DNA of 64,000 bases, from positions 7,998,001 to 8,062,000 of the forward strand of contig OX597834.1 in NCBI GenBank assembly GCA_951406725.2. Direction: 5' to 3'. Origin of the DNA: Octopus vulgaris. Its lineage: Eukaryota. The position numbers and the translations under genes are program-made. Of this stretch, positions 42,021-56,525 are shown one piece after another (position 1 is the first letter of the stretch; every line of letters begins with the position of its first letter). The notes under the pieces were generated by a model. That model was not told the DNA's origin, made no database searches, and was given only the letters and a program-made list of their open reading frames with translations.

Positions 42021-42951
42021 GCCCCATTTGCTGTACTATGTCAAATGAATGTGAAGATATTTTGGTTTGTATGTTTCCAAATACCAAGCATCAGCTGCAT
42101 AGCTAGTCTTGCTGATGTGAGATCGGTTAAGATTTCCTTTATCAGTGGAGTTCATTTTGTGCTGTTATATATGTTTTCACATAGTTGGATAGATGTGGAA
42201 AACAGATGTAGCAGAACTTTGCATTTGTCAAATTCAATGTATCAACTTAAAGCGAAATGTTTTGCATTATGGTATGATTTCATGTTCTGAATGCAGGATC
42301 GATTACGTGATATGTAACGGGTAGAATATCTCTTCAGTTCGAACAGTGAATATTGATTTGAAGCATGTTCCCTTGGGTGTTGAAAAAAATCAATTTGTGT
42401 GATATTTAGTTTCCTCCATTTTAATTTACACATAATCCCACCAGTTCCAACAGCAAGACTGGATATTCTGGGTTCGATTACGTATGTTCCTTTCAATTAA
42501 GAGATATGACTACACACACAGATACACGCACACTCTCTCACACACACTCACACACTTCACATAACATTCCCACACATTACAACACATACACACATATATC
42601 TTCCACCATATTCAGTTCTATCGGTGGTGTGGCATGTGTGTGTGAATGATCCAGCGGATCGCAAGCTTTTGTTAGAACCTCTCTGGAAAGGTCGAAGGCC
42701 ACCTCTTCATAAAGATAATGACACGTTTGCCTATGGCCTTGAAGGGAAATGAAGTGACAGAAGAATGCACGAATTCGAACCAACTAGGTCTGGAAAAAAG
42801 ATAGCTCACTCTAAAGAACAGCGAAGAAAAATCGTTGAAATATATATACGCACATATGTCGCTTTGTGTGACTGAGTGCACGTATTTTCCTTTTTGTGTG
42901 TATGTGTGTGTGTGTGTGTACGTATGATTGAGTGAGTGTGGGTGTATGCAT

Positions 42952-42994
<43 letters not shown>

Positions 42995-44343
42995 TGCGCA
43001 TGTGAGCTTATGTGCGTTTATTTTATATTCTAATCATAACGGGAAGCAGTTCTCGCGACAGTTTACGAGTATTGCCTGACTTATGTAAATAGCAGAATGA
43101 TGTATAAGCAAAGAGTGAATCTGAAACCAATGCATTCAAAATTTGGGACTAGTGTAAAGGCATCTCTTGTTTACGATGCTGGTTCAATACTTTATGTTTA
43201 CTAATCAAGAAGGTTAAGGCACTTTTAAAACCAGATGGCGAAAATCAGAAATGAATGCCATACTCCAAACAAACTGATTTTCTTACTGTTCCGACAATGC
43301 ACTACACCACCCTGGTTAGATGGTCCTCTAACCAAGGGAAGCCTGTGTTGGCCTTGATCGACATTTTGTGGAAGATAAAAGGTACAAATTCAGAGAGGAG
43401 GTTTAGAAGAACTGTGATACAGATTAAAACACACTCACACATATGAGAAAGGCGTTACAGAGTTTTCGTCGACGAAATAGAATTTGCATCGTATATTTTT
43501 TGAAAGAAAAGGCGTCGATATGTGACACAACCGGTCTGTAAGCCTACGCATTTACCACAAAGCTAATATTGCGCCCACTAAAATATAATTCTGTACAATT
43601 TGCAACAAATGGCGACTATGCTAATGTTATTACAATTACGTCATTTTATTATCGTGTTTTATTACAAGAATTAGCTAAGACATTTTGTTAAATTTAAACT
43701 ACCTCACTTCGAATTTTATTTCGTCTACCATGTCAGTGCAATATGAACAGAAATAATATTATAGTTTAAATGAGACGAAATAAAAAAAATTATCTATTGA
43801 AGTCTGCATTTAATCGCCTCCCTGCATGCAACAACAACACAAATGAAGGTTATGACCGTAACAGTAAAAAATTTGTATATAAATGTGTTTTCTCGTGTGT
43901 GATGATTGTGAAGCCCCTTGTTGACCCGCGACTTTGATAAAATGTCTGACATAAAAGAAATATGTAAAACATTTATTTTATTGCACATTTGTGAAATAGA
44001 CTGTGCCGATTGCTTGATGTTTTTATGATCAAACTTTCTCTCAATAATTTATGAACAGCACCTTGCACGAAAAAGTAATAGCTTGGCGTTAACATATACT
44101 GTAGGGAGCATTTCCAGTCAAACTAAAAATTATTACGCGGCGAAGAAAGACGTAATTCAATGAATACTATTTTTGTATTTGTTTCCATGCGTTCGGAAAA
44201 GAACTTTGGATATTTTCGCTCTTGTCTGCGAATTAGTTACTTTACATTATTTATAGGATTAGTGAAACTACATACACTATGTAAACCGCACTAGATGCTC
44301 ACTATCAAGGTGTAAGCGGAGTTGATATATATGTGTATATATA

Positions 44344-44773
<430 letters not shown>

Positions 44774-45499
44774 AGTGAATGTCGAAGAATGCGAATGAGT
44801 ACTCAACACTGCATTAATGGATAAAATTTCTATGTATTAAGATACCATTAGTTTCGTTTTAAAGAAATATCATATCTTAACAATTTTTCAGGCCAATCAC
44901 TTGCAGGAGTTGTGTTCGTTCCCACTTTGGTTGAAACCACGAAAGTTAACATGTTCAAAGCATAAAGCAAAGTGTAGCGTTATTTCAATGAGATACCAAT
45001 GAGATTTCAATGAGATTTCAATGAGATATCAACTTACCTCTTCTTTTTTTATTTGTAATTGAGTGGTAACTATAAGTAATGTCACCTACAATAAAAGAAA
45101 ATATATCATGATAAATAATTGTACAAAATAGTAATCATCCAAATAAAGAATCACTTTACAGAAATGTTGCGAAAATGACTTAACATAAGAAAAGAAACCT
45201 TGACGTTTATAGTTTGAATATAGAATGAAATGTACGTAAATGTTTGTCGATATTTGTGTTGTGTAATAGATGTAGTTGTCAATAAATGAATGTCACCACT
45301 TTGACAATATGTAAGTCTGATACCGATATACCTGTCGTTAGATTCCTTGCTGTCGTTGGTATCTAGAACCAAAATAGTAGAACAAGTATATCGCTAGACA
45401 GCCTCAGGTTCTCGTAAGAATTATTAACCACCCTGTTCTTGTACTTTGTGGAGCGACATATAATTCTGAACATCAGTGCTGATATCAGTTAGCTAGTTT

Positions 45500-46637
45500 C
45501 CAAAATGCAATCGGTACATGAGGACAACTTGGAACCTCGCTACTCAAGAAAGATTAGTGATAATCTAGGCAAAAACGGCACTGAAAGCATCTATGAAGTA
45601 ATCTCGGCAGCACATGAAACAACTTGTATGAGACGAGAATAATATTTTCACCGGCTCAAGAGGCTCAAATATAGTAGAGATGAAATGAGAGACGATGGGA
45701 GCTGTGTGAGGAAGAAGGGCCTCAGAATATTGGAGCTATTTGGAAAACTTCGCAATTACTTAGATGAAGATTGTCGTGAGTCTATGAAGACAAAAAGAAC
45801 AGCTGGTTCTTGGTGTAGGAATTGTACAAAGATGATCGGAACATGCGTGAAATTTACGTAAATTTGGTTCCCAGGGTGCTCAGTGACCAAGAGAAAATAT
45901 ATGTGTTGGTGACGACAGGGGGCTGTCTGAGCTCAATACCTCCAGCCCAAGAGAATTTGAATATCTGTGACCTGTGACTAAAGATGGATCTGTTATGACG
46001 CACACATCAATGAATAGAGTGTCCAACAGTGGCATCCGGGTCCCCGAAGAACCAAGAATATCAAGCAACATATGTCTGCCACGAAGAACATGATGATACC
46101 CATTTTCGACAGCAGGAGCATTATCAACATCTGCAGTGTTCCCTCTGACCAGATGATCAGCAAATTATACTTTGTGGAGGTTATGAGGGACTTCAGTAAA
46201 ATATTTCGCTGCAAAACGCCCGAGCGCTTCCACTCGGGTCGGAAGCATCTGCACGGGAACAAGAAACCAGTGCACAGTTCATGATAACTAAATACGTGAC
46301 AGAGATGAGAATAAAAACCTGTCATTTAATTCCCTACATTCTAAACCTGGCTCCGTGTGACACATTGTTGTTTTTTTCTCCCTCAATGAAAGACAACCTC
46401 ATCGTGGTAATCCTTTTGGAAACATTGAGAGGAAGAAAGATGATGCGACAGGGCTCCTGGACCCTTTTAACTGTGGGAGACTTCCGTGAGTACTGTATGA
46501 AGTGGATAGGTTGCTACAACAAAAATAGCGAAGTCGGAGGATCGTAATTTGAAAGTGATTGGAGTTTTCTGAATTTCTTAGAAATTAATAAACAGTTCTC
46601 TTGAAGAAGTCACAAAATTTCTGGAATGAACCTCGTA
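45500..46637 (+). pseudogene. Decayed near-complete mariner transposon
   Basis: LGKNGTESIYE.., SATKNMMIPIFDSRSII..VPSDQMISKLYFVEVMR and PYILNLAPCD. It ends in the TIR-like sequence AACCTCG|TA. Confidence 0.88.
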
Positions 46638-47289
46638 ATGTATAGTATACTGCATTCTGGACATGGTATACAAGTCTAAAACACATGAAAACGAGACTCG
46701 ATTAAGATGCTTTTCAGCCTGTACAATAGAAAACGTATCTAGCTACGAGTTATTTGCCTCACACTATTATTATTTAGCTACGAATCATGGTGATTTAGCC
46801 AAGCAAAACTCCAAGAAGTTTCTCAAATATGATGATTTCCTCATTCTCTCTTCTTATACTTAGTATATCTAGGATTACATCGTCTAGTGTTTCCATCTAT
46901 TCCGAAGACTGAAAGCTGTAATTTCTACTATATTTAGCTGCCAATATCTATCATATATAGATAGATAGTAAATTTATATAGCAAATTTATCTTTGATCTT
47001 TTATTGATAATAACCAAATATATATTGGGAGTTTAGAAAATTAAAATCCAGAACCATATTTATTTGCACTTCATATGTGCATATATAGCAGCGATGATTA
47101 CATATGTTGCATTCTCCCTACGTAGATATATCTTGGAATTTGTAAGCTCTCCTTAGTGTGTATCCTATTCCAAACAAAGGTAGCCCTCTGGTGAATGAAA
47201 TTGTCATCTTAATGTTCTCATCTCCGAATTTTCTAAGGTAATGGCGAGTTAGTTTTTGTTTTCCTTCTTCCATTTCTACCCACCTCTCA

Positions 47290-47316
47290 TTCTATCTATC
47301 TATCTATCTATCTATA

Positions 47317-47363
<47 letters not shown>

Positions 47364-47364
47364 A

Positions 47365-47459
<95 letters not shown>

Positions 47460-47498
47460 ATGTCTGTCTATCTATTTATCTATCTATCTATCTATCTA

Positions 47499-47530
<32 letters not shown>

Positions 47531-47535
47531 CCTAC

Positions 47536-47572
<37 letters not shown>

Positions 47573-47582
47573 AATCTATCTA

Positions 47583-47623
<41 letters not shown>

Positions 47624-47710
47624 ATATCTACCTACCTACCTATATATATCTACCTACCTACCCATCTATCTATTTGCCTGTCTGTCTGTCTCTCTGCCTG
47701 TCTGTGTGTG
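47290..47710. repeat. (TATC)n/(TGTC)n/(TACC)n tetranucleotide microsatellite
   Basis: Directly visible. Confidence 0.97.
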
Positions 47711-48002
47711 TTTGAGGTTGTGTTGTTTAGATCATTCACAAACAGCACGTCTTTTTCACAGTAAGCTCAACCGTATATATTCTCCCATATAATAATCGCC
47801 ATGTGGCTTATGCTCTCATGATGTTCGCAGAAAGCTATGTGGTGCCATAGATATCGTCCACCTGTGGAATGCAAATCTAACATAGAACAACAGACACATT
47901 CTACACTTCTCCCAATTTTAAGATCAGTAACACTTGTAGTACCATTGACTCAGTTTTCAGAGTGATCTTTTGTGACCCACCTTTTTTTCCTGAGTGACAA
48001 TA

Positions 48003-48397
48003 TCTTTATATATAAAAGTAAGGTTGTGTGTCTCTCTACTCCGATTTAGATTCCTAACTACTCCCACATTTTGCGGTGCAGTTTAACCAAAACCGGGTAT
48101 CTTATAGTTGTGATTTATATCGAGCCCTTTTGGGTATTAGCGCGCGTCTACGATGAGTCTACGATTTTAAAAATAATTTACCATAATTTTTTTTCCATGT
48201 TAATGCATATTTTTTTTAATATAAGGGACGTAGCTCTCTAAAAATGTCTACGATGAGTCAACGATTTAAAAAAAAATTACCATCATATTTTTTCAATTTT
48301 TAATGCATCTTTTTGCTATTTTTTGGCTATAACTCTCTAAAAATGCTTTATAGTTATTTCCCTTACACACCCGAGCAACGCCGGGCGATACTGCTAG
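48003..48397 (+). mobile_element. Non-autonomous Helitron, same family as 41111
   Basis: A|TC...CCCGAGCAACGCCGGG..CTAG|T. Confidence 0.9.
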
Positions 48398-49170
48398 TAG
48401 AAAGATAAAGCTCAAATGTTATTCTGTATGTGGATAAGAATGAAAATTAAGGATCAGAATATATTTTGTCTAGCTTAGACGTTTGAACCCTTATATATTA
48501 TCAGCTAAAATCGCGTCCATATTGCAAATAACGTATCGGAGACAAGAACATTAGTTGAGATAATATGATTCCTTTTACATTGACCAAGAAGAAACACGTG
48601 ATGCTCATTGGCTTGTGGCTATAGAACAATACATATAATGAAAATCTGGTTTTATATTTGAAGTGATATTTCAATTAAACTTTTGAAAACCCCACCCTCA
48701 CCGCCCAGACTCTAAACATCAATACATTCACCTACTTCATTACTATGAGAATCAAATATTGATATCGCCACTACTACGGCGACAGTCACAGTTGAACTTA
48801 AACAGCAACAGAAACCCTACATACCAGTGCACATTTTAGGCTTCGAACTTAATTAACATTAAGTAATTACTTAAATGTTTTGGATGAACAAAGTTCTTAG
48901 TGCTTTGGCACTTTGCCGAGTAGTTGATGTCATTTTCTTTTTTGTAACTAGATTTCGAAACACGCAAAATGGACATTGGGTGTATACGACCATATGTATG
49001 TGTGAGTGTTTTATATATATATATATATATATTTAAGTAGTTGAATGAATTATCTTAGTATGGATAATTCGGTTAACCGATACCTGGGTAGCAAATTCAC
49101 GTCAGAAAAACACGGTTGAAGCTACATGCCAAGGGTAGAAACTCCGTGTTCTTGTGTGGTAATTTGTGTA

Positions 49171-49344
49171 ATATTTAAAATGAATAAAAGAATGGAGTCG
49201 AACGAGGATTCCTGATGAGAAGACGGCATTATGCACCTTATTCCTTCATAATTAAGAATATGCAGTCTTCGAAACATGTGTTGAAATTAAAGGAATTGTG
49301 TAAAAATCCTCGTTCGACTCCATTCTTTTATTAATTTTAAATAT
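49171..49344 (+). ncRNA. Hammerhead-like motif enclosed by ~40-bp inverted repeats (PLE pLTR remnant)
   Basis: CTGATGA (49212-18), GAAGAC..GTCTTC stem, GAAA, and palindromic ACATGT. Arms at 49171-49210 and 49305-49344. The cleavage-site base is G, so it is probably inactive. Confidence 0.65.
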
Positions 49345-49362
49345 ATATATATATATATATAT

Positions 49363-49553
49363 ATCTTTTTCTCTTTTTCTCTTTTTACTTGTTTCAGTCA
49401 TTTTGACTGCGGCCATGCTGGTGCACCGCCTTTAATCGAGCAACTCGACCCCGGGACTTATTCTTTGTAAGCCCAGTACTTATTCTATCGGTCTCTTTTG
49501 CAGAACTGCTAAGTGACGGGGACATGAACACACCAGCATCGGTTGTCAAGCAG
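49363..49553 (-). mobile_element. SINE family A tail half
   Basis: Matches 14227-14410. Confidence 0.88.
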
Positions 49554-49730
49554 TATATGGGTTTCTAAGTCGTCACATTTGTCACTCATCTGATAAAAAG
49601 TTATCCAGCTAACATTTGTCATAACGTTTAAGATATGAAATCTTCAGCAAGTACTTTTTTACAAAGGGAACTAATTTCGATATACGATTTAAAATATGTC
49701 TGAAATACACTTGTAGTTTGTTAATTTTCG

Positions 49731-50019
49731 AGCCACGCCTGGCCACTCCTAACTCATAGGGCCGGTTTCCCGCTTTCCTTGGCGTATAGGTTCCCCACTT
49801 GGACTGGATGCCGGTCTGTCGCAGGTGAGATGCAAGATGCAGGAGGAAAGAGTGAGGGAAAGTTGTGGCGAAAGAGTCAGCAGATGTTCACCATTAACTT
49901 CTGCCGGAGCCGCGTGGAGCTTAGGTGTTTCGGTCATAAATACAAACATCGCCCGGTCTGAGAACCCGCGATCCCTCGACCGCGAGTCTCCTGCTCTAAC
50001 CACTAGGTCATGTGTCTCC
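49731..50019 (-). mobile_element. SINE family C, tail variant 2
   Basis: Reverse-complement homology to 27315-27595. Confidence 0.85.
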
Positions 50020-50023
50020 ACCA

Positions 50024-50253
50024 ATTTCTTTACTACCCACAAGTGGCCAAAAACAGAGGGGACAAACAAGGACAGACACATTGATTAAGTCGATTACATC
50101 GACCCCGGTGCGCAACTGGTACTTATTTAATCGACCCCGAAAGGATGAAAGGCAATGTCGACCTCGGCGGAATTTGAACTCAGAACGTAACGGCAGATGA
50201 AATACGGCTATGCATTTCGTCCGGCGTGCTAACGTTTCTGCCAGCTCGCCGCC
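50024..50253 (-). mobile_element. SINE family B, full length, inserted at the 5' end of SINE C
   Basis: Imperfect duplication CATGTGTCTCCACC (50009) / CATGTGCCTCAACC (50257). Confidence 0.9.
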
Positions 50254-50960
50254 TTCCATGTGCCTCAACCTGCAATACACTTACTGTTGCCGAATTTTCT
50301 GCCGCAAATATATCTTCTGATGTACGCCTTATATCAAAAACGTCAAAGCGTATCTGTTTGTATATCTCTGTGAGTTAAACTATGAACTCTGCATACGTTA
50401 TTGAACACTGCATGTTATTTATATTGTTATTCGCAGTTTTATTTAACGTACATTTAACATATCCGTGCATGAATATCCATCGTACACCGATTCTATTCTG
50501 ATTATCGGCGTATTTATACCATGAGATTGATTCCCTGTTGAGCATAATTAAGCTCAAAAATATCCCAAAATAAATGCTAAAAATATTAATTGTTTCGCTG
50601 TTATTTGTGTATCTGTGCTATTTTTATATGAATGTGTGTATATGCGTTTACTATATGTATAAATATAGAATATACATATAAAATATATATTCACATATAT
50701 TTGAACAAATTAAAAGATAGTATTGGAAGTGACAAGAAATATTCTAAATTTTAATTAGCTCAATATGTACCAATCAAAAATAGGATTTTTATTCTGCATC
50801 GAGATCGAATCTATCGTAGTATTAGATACGATGTAGTGCGTGTGATTTTTATTCTCGTTAAACCTTCAAATTGGCCGTCATTTCGAAAAAGAAATGAACT
50901 TGTGTATATTTAGCTCGTTTAAGGCGTGGCGTATCTCGAACTTCATTGTCATGGTTACAA

Positions 50961-51180
50961 TACTCTTTACTCTTTTACTTGTTTCAGTCATTTGACTGCG
51001 GCCATGCTGGAGCAACGCCTTTAATCGAGCAACTCGACCCTGGGACTTATTCTTTTGTAAGCCCAGTACTTATTCTATCGGTCTCTTTTGCCGAACGGCT
51101 AAGTTACGGGGACATAAACACACCAGCATCGGTTGTCAAGCAATACTAGGAGGACAAACACAAAAACACAAACACACAGA

Positions 51181-51252
<72 letters not shown>

Positions 51253-51418
51253 TACGGTGGGTTTCTTTCAGTTTCCGTCTACCAAATCCACTCACAAGGC
51301 TTTGGTCGGCCCGAGGCTATAGTAGAAGACACTTGCTCAAGGTGCCATGCAGTGGGACTGGACCCGGAACCATGTGGTTGGTAAACAAGCTACTTACCAC
51401 ACAGCCACTCCTGCGCCT
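50961..51418 (-). mobile_element. SINE family A, full length
   Basis: Complete head and tail. TACAATA occurs at both flanks. Confidence 0.92.
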
Positions 51419-53681
51419 GTACAATAAGTACTTTTTTTATGAAGCGAATACAGTGTTGTTTCCGTTCTATTCGTAGAACAGGCTTATAGAATACTTGCGG
51501 TATAACATTACATCTCACAACAATGACATTGCATGAACTCTATATGTTTCGTACAGCTGGATATAGAGTTATATAATATGGATTGACATTGGAGCATTCA
51601 TAACAGACAAAATCCTAACATGAAATTGATATTTATGCATTCTGTGTAGTGTTAATTACATTGTTTTGATAATCTGTTCTTTTTGTGTGTTTTTTTTGGT
51701 AAAAAAAAGTCTGTGAAACAAAATACCATTAGTGTTGATCTGATTGCAACCGAATTACCCAGCTCATCGGTGTTACCTTGTTTTGCTCTTCTAAAATAAC
51801 AATTTAGCGAAAATGAAATCAATAGTTCGTCTTCATTTGTTTAATTAAAACATCAACACCAATACCAACATCAGCGAAAATGAACCAAAAGGAAGAAAGC
51901 TTTGTTTTTGTTGTCTCATTTAATAATTCAAACCATAAACTTTGATGGACATTTTGAAAAGAACTTTTATTCGGCTATTTTATTTTAAAATATTTTATTA
52001 ATTCATTTGTTTAGATTCAAATTAAGGTTGTATAAACAGAAGGAATAGTTCTCAGACTGTTAACATTGATTCTAGTATCAAAATATTAGTAGATTTTTGT
52101 GTACGTGTGTGATATCCAACGGCTGTATACACTGCAGATATTTATACTATCAAGTCTAGACTTTCAAATAATATTGTTTATCTTAGTTGAATTATAGCCA
52201 GCTATTTAATTCTCATAGGTCGTCTCCATGAAATTGTCATTTGAGACTAGGAGCAGTAGACTTCGTCTCAAGAATCAGTAACAAAACTCAACCATTTACG
52301 AGTGTTTTCTTAATGTGCAGTGCTTAGGTCAAATCCAGATATCCGGAGATTCTTCACTGACCATTTCCCCTATTGTGATATGATGAAGATTTGAATTTTA
52401 TTTCTGGATTTTCTTATAAATTCTATTTGAATCGTTTTCGTTTATCTTTATTCTGAGATTTGTGCTAAACAGTTCTATTTTAGAAATATATCCATCGTTG
52501 CACAGCATCCATAATGTACATTTTGCTTGCTATATCGCATAAATGACTTCTATGTTTCTGATATAACAAGTTGCACACTAAATTTGCCTACGATTATTCA
52601 TAATTCCAATTGTCTGCACCCACACTATGACTGCTGCACTCCCAGGATTCCCAGTTGTCCCTAACCCTGATCCTCCACAGAATCAACTTTGTACAAATTC
52701 CTGCCAGTTACTTCGTTTTTTTTTTTAAGGTATTGACTCCCTTCCTCAGCTTTTTATCCTTTTGTTGCCGACTTCCATGCGACCACCTAAGTCCATGAAA
52801 TAATGAGGAATATCGTATTGAGAAAAAAATTACGAATAATGTATAACACTGATGATCTAGCTTTGTGGGGCTTAATATATTTGAATTTGCATTAACAATG
52901 CAAGGACAGATTAATGGGTTATTTTGAGATAATCATATAGTTTTGCAAAATCTACAATATTTTTAACAAGTAAGAGAACGTCTAGACAGCCCTTGTGTTC
53001 ACAACTGAGTGCCGTCCTAGAACATTTACCCAAGACATATAGTTTTCGTAATGTTAGAACCGTTTCCTTTATAGCTTTTCTCTAAAAGGGCTGTTCAGCG
53101 GCTGGTGGTGGCGAGAAACCAATAGCAACACTAACATCAATTGAATTAAAATTTGAAAGTACTTCGAATAAAGGCTGGTTTCTGCTAGTAAGCTTCTGCG
53201 TTTATACTTGTGTTTATACGTGGTTTATTCTAAAATATCAGGGCCAAATCTCATATAGACCAAGGGCAGTATTCAAGCAATCGATTCTCCTTTTATTCTC
53301 ATATTCTCTAGTTGATGCAAATTGGTGTTGGACAGAATCAGGAAAACTAATGAATACAAGTAAACAGAACACATGGCCGACATAAACTCAACTTACTCTC
53401 TCAAAATTATTTAATAAGCAGACGATATTTCTTCACATCATGGGATATTGATGGTTTATTATTACTTGCATCTTCTTTTATGCATATATTATAATTTAAT
53501 CTAAAATTTTCCAGTTGGAAAATTTTTAATTAAATGCTATGTTGTTAGGATACTGTTGTTAATGTTGTTGCTGATAAACATCAACTTATGCCAGAATGAA
53601 GCAGATCTGTGAACAAATGCATGTCAGATATAGTTATCACGTCGCTTTCGTTCTCTGTATGTATGTGCGTATATAAGTATG

Positions 53682-53833
<152 letters not shown>

Positions 53834-53993
53834 ACGTAGTTTTGCCATTTCAATATGGCTAACCCTAAGGGTGGATGCTACTGTAGTTTTTAGCCCCAGG
53901 AGGACACACTCCCCAGCTGGCCATAGACACACTTTCTGTGTCCTGTCAGTATTTGCAAAGGGAAGTCATCCTTCCCGTCTTCAACTTATGATA

Positions 53994-54038
53994 CACACGG
54001 ACTCGAGTTTCGAGGTATTGACCTCTCGTCAGCGTGTG
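53994..54038 (-). ncRNA. Type I hammerhead ribozyme, copy 1
   Basis: Exact reverse complement of 54213-54257. Confidence 0.9.
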
Positions 54039-54212
54039 ACAATCATAGTTGTCGCCGAGAATTAGATTTCCTTCACAAATACTTATACTTTTTCCAGCGT
54101 CCACTGTCGCTGATATTGAAAAAGTGAAATCCAACAATGATAAATATCAATGTGAGTTTTGTGAAGTAACTTTTGTGAAGGAAATCTAATTCTCGGCGAC
54201 AACTATGATTGT

Positions 54213-54257
54213 CACACGCTGACGAGAGGTCAATACCTCGAAACTCGAGTCCGTGTG
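54213..54257 (+). ncRNA. Type I hammerhead ribozyme, copy 2
   Basis: CACACG-CTGACGA-GAGGT-caat-ACCTC-GAAA-CTCGAG-TC-CGTGTG. Predicted cleavage after C54251. Confidence 0.93.
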
Positions 54258-54565
54258 TATCATAAGTTGAAGACGGGAAGGATGACTTCCCTTTGCAAAT
54301 ACTGACAGGACACAGAAAGTGTGTCTATGGCCAGCTGGAGGAGTGTGTCCTCCTGGGGGTAAAAACTACAGTAGCATCCACCCTTAGGGGTTAGCCATAT
54401 TGAAATGGCAAAAATACGTCACGTTGTGTTACCGCTACTGTATATAACTCACTTTGATATTTATCATTGTTGGATTTCACTTTTTCAATATCAGCGACAG
54501 TGGACGCTGGAAAAAGTATAAGTATTTGTGAAGGAAATCTAATTCTCGGCGACAACTATGATTGT

Positions 54566-54610
54566 CACACGCTGACGAGAGGTCAATACCTCGAAACTCG
54601 AGTCCGTGTG
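54566..54610 (+). ncRNA. Type I hammerhead ribozyme, copy 3
   Basis: Identical to copy 2. Predicted cleavage after C54604. Confidence 0.93.
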
Positions 54611-54991
54611 TATCATAAGTTGAAGACGAGAAGGATTACTTCCCTTTGCAAATACTGACAGGACACAGAAAGTGTGTCTATGGCCAGCTGGAGGAGTGTG
54701 TCCTCCTGGGGCTAAAAACTACAGTAGCATCCACCCTTAGGGGTTAGCCATATTGAAATGGCAAAAATACGTCACGTTGTGTTACCGCTACTGTATATAA
54801 CTCACATTGATATTTATCATTATATATATATATATATACATATAAACATATATATATATATATGTATATATACATGTATATATGTATATATTTAAACATA
54901 ATAAATATGGTAATAATAAATTATTATTACCAGTGGCCTAGCGCAAAAAAAAAACGAATTAGTCATTAGACTATATTATTATTCATATAGA

Positions 54992-55243
54992 AATACAATA
55001 AGAGGCTTCCAAAGAGGAAAGCGTTGTGCTAGAAAGAGATGTAGGAATCTCAAAAACCACAAAAAAGGATAAATTCTCGAAAGGAATAAAAATTAAAACC
55101 GTTTACCATCTCAATTCAAAGTTGAGATGGTAAACGTTTTTAATGTTCATTCCTTTCGAGAATTTATCCTTTTTTGTAGTTTTTGAGATTTATACTGCTC
55201 TTTCTAGCACAACGCTTTCCTATTTGGAAGCCTCTTATTGTAT
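54992..55243. repeat. Long foldback hairpin (~120-bp arms, ~7-nt loop)
   Basis: ATACAATAAGAGGCTTCCAAA..GTTTACCATCTCAA / TTGAGATGGTAAAC..TTTGGAAGCCTCTTATTGTAT. Confidence 0.9.
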
Positions 55244-55260
55244 GTATGTATATATATATG

Positions 55261-55720
55261 TCTCTTGACAAATGCCAAACTTCACACACCACATCCACCC
55301 CCAACAGTAAAAAAATGTGCACGCTCAAACTGTGGTACCTGCCCCTTTCTACTTGAAGGCTCTGAATTTACCTTCAAACAAGGTACGAAGTTTAAAATCA
55401 AGACTAACTTCTCCTGTTCCTCCGAGAACCTTATCTACGTTCTCACATGCGCTGGTTGCCAACATAATTATGTGGGACAAACGAGTCTCCCGTTACGTAA
55501 ACGAGTAACGGTGCATAAAGAACAAATAAATCTCCCGGAATACCGACAAATTCCACTGAGTGACCACTTAGACTCATGTGCTAAAGACTTAAACCCTAAA
55601 TTCTATATATTCCCCTTCTACCAATGTAAAGACGGGATCACCACACAGGAGAGAATTAACAAGGAGAATCTCTTTATTGAAAAATTCCAAACACAACTTA
55701 ATATGCAAACTCCTCGTTGA
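55261..55720 (+). CDS. GIY-YIG endonuclease domain of a 5'-truncated Penelope-like element (Neptune-type)
   Basis: Cys linker CARSNCGTC and CSSENLIYVLTCAGCQHNYVGQT..LRKRVTVH..SDHL..ERINKE..LN. The frame is open but there is no true start codon (the listed Met lies in microsatellite). Confidence 0.9.
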
Positions 55721-56525
55721 TCAAACTTCCTTTCTCTACCTCACTCTTCATGGATGGACTAACACAAATATATAAAGATACCATGCATTCACCACTTCAA
55801 GCTAAAACTTATATTCTTTAAATATCATTTTCACTATTGTTGTTGTTACTACTATCGTTTTTATTATAAATGATATGACAATTTGAAATGCAATTGTCTA
55901 TGCAGTTTTATATTATTAGAAAATAATATAAATAAAGTGTTAAAATCTGAAAGTTAAGTTAACAAGCAATTATATAAAAAAGATAATGCAAATGAAGCTA
56001 AAATGATAGTTTTATAATTTGGGTTTTATTGAAGAACTCAAAAGAGTTGTCTCCCCTTACTCACAACACAGGAACTGAAGAACCAGGACCACAATTACTA
56101 CTACTTCCTGTCCTGCAACATGCTGAATTTAACAACACAACACATCACATGCTCTTAATCCCTTTGGATCTTAACACCTCAAGGTAATTTTTTGGTAAAC
56201 AACCATAAAACTCAAGATACACAACGAACTCACAATGTATTATTTTTTAATTTTTGTACATTTTTATCATTATTCTTTTACAAAAAACATTGCAATTTTC
56301 TTTTTTCCCCTTTCTAATTTTTAAAAAAACTTCTTAAAACATAAATATTCTTGACAAGTCATACATTGACGAAAACCGGTTGAATAAATATATATATTTA
56401 TATATTTTATCATTTTCTCATTTTATTAAAATTTTCTTTCATTTGAGCATTCTGCATTTTTAAAAAAATTTTTCCTTACTTATCATTTCTCCACGTGCGG
56501 TCAACACAACCCCACCATTTATTGA

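Noticed and set aside
53946-54658. Repeated 63-aa ORF (MLDFTFSISAT...) in the 353-bp unit
   Set aside because: Non-ATG start, no recognisable domain, and it overlaps the ribozyme. It recurs only because the DNA is repeated.
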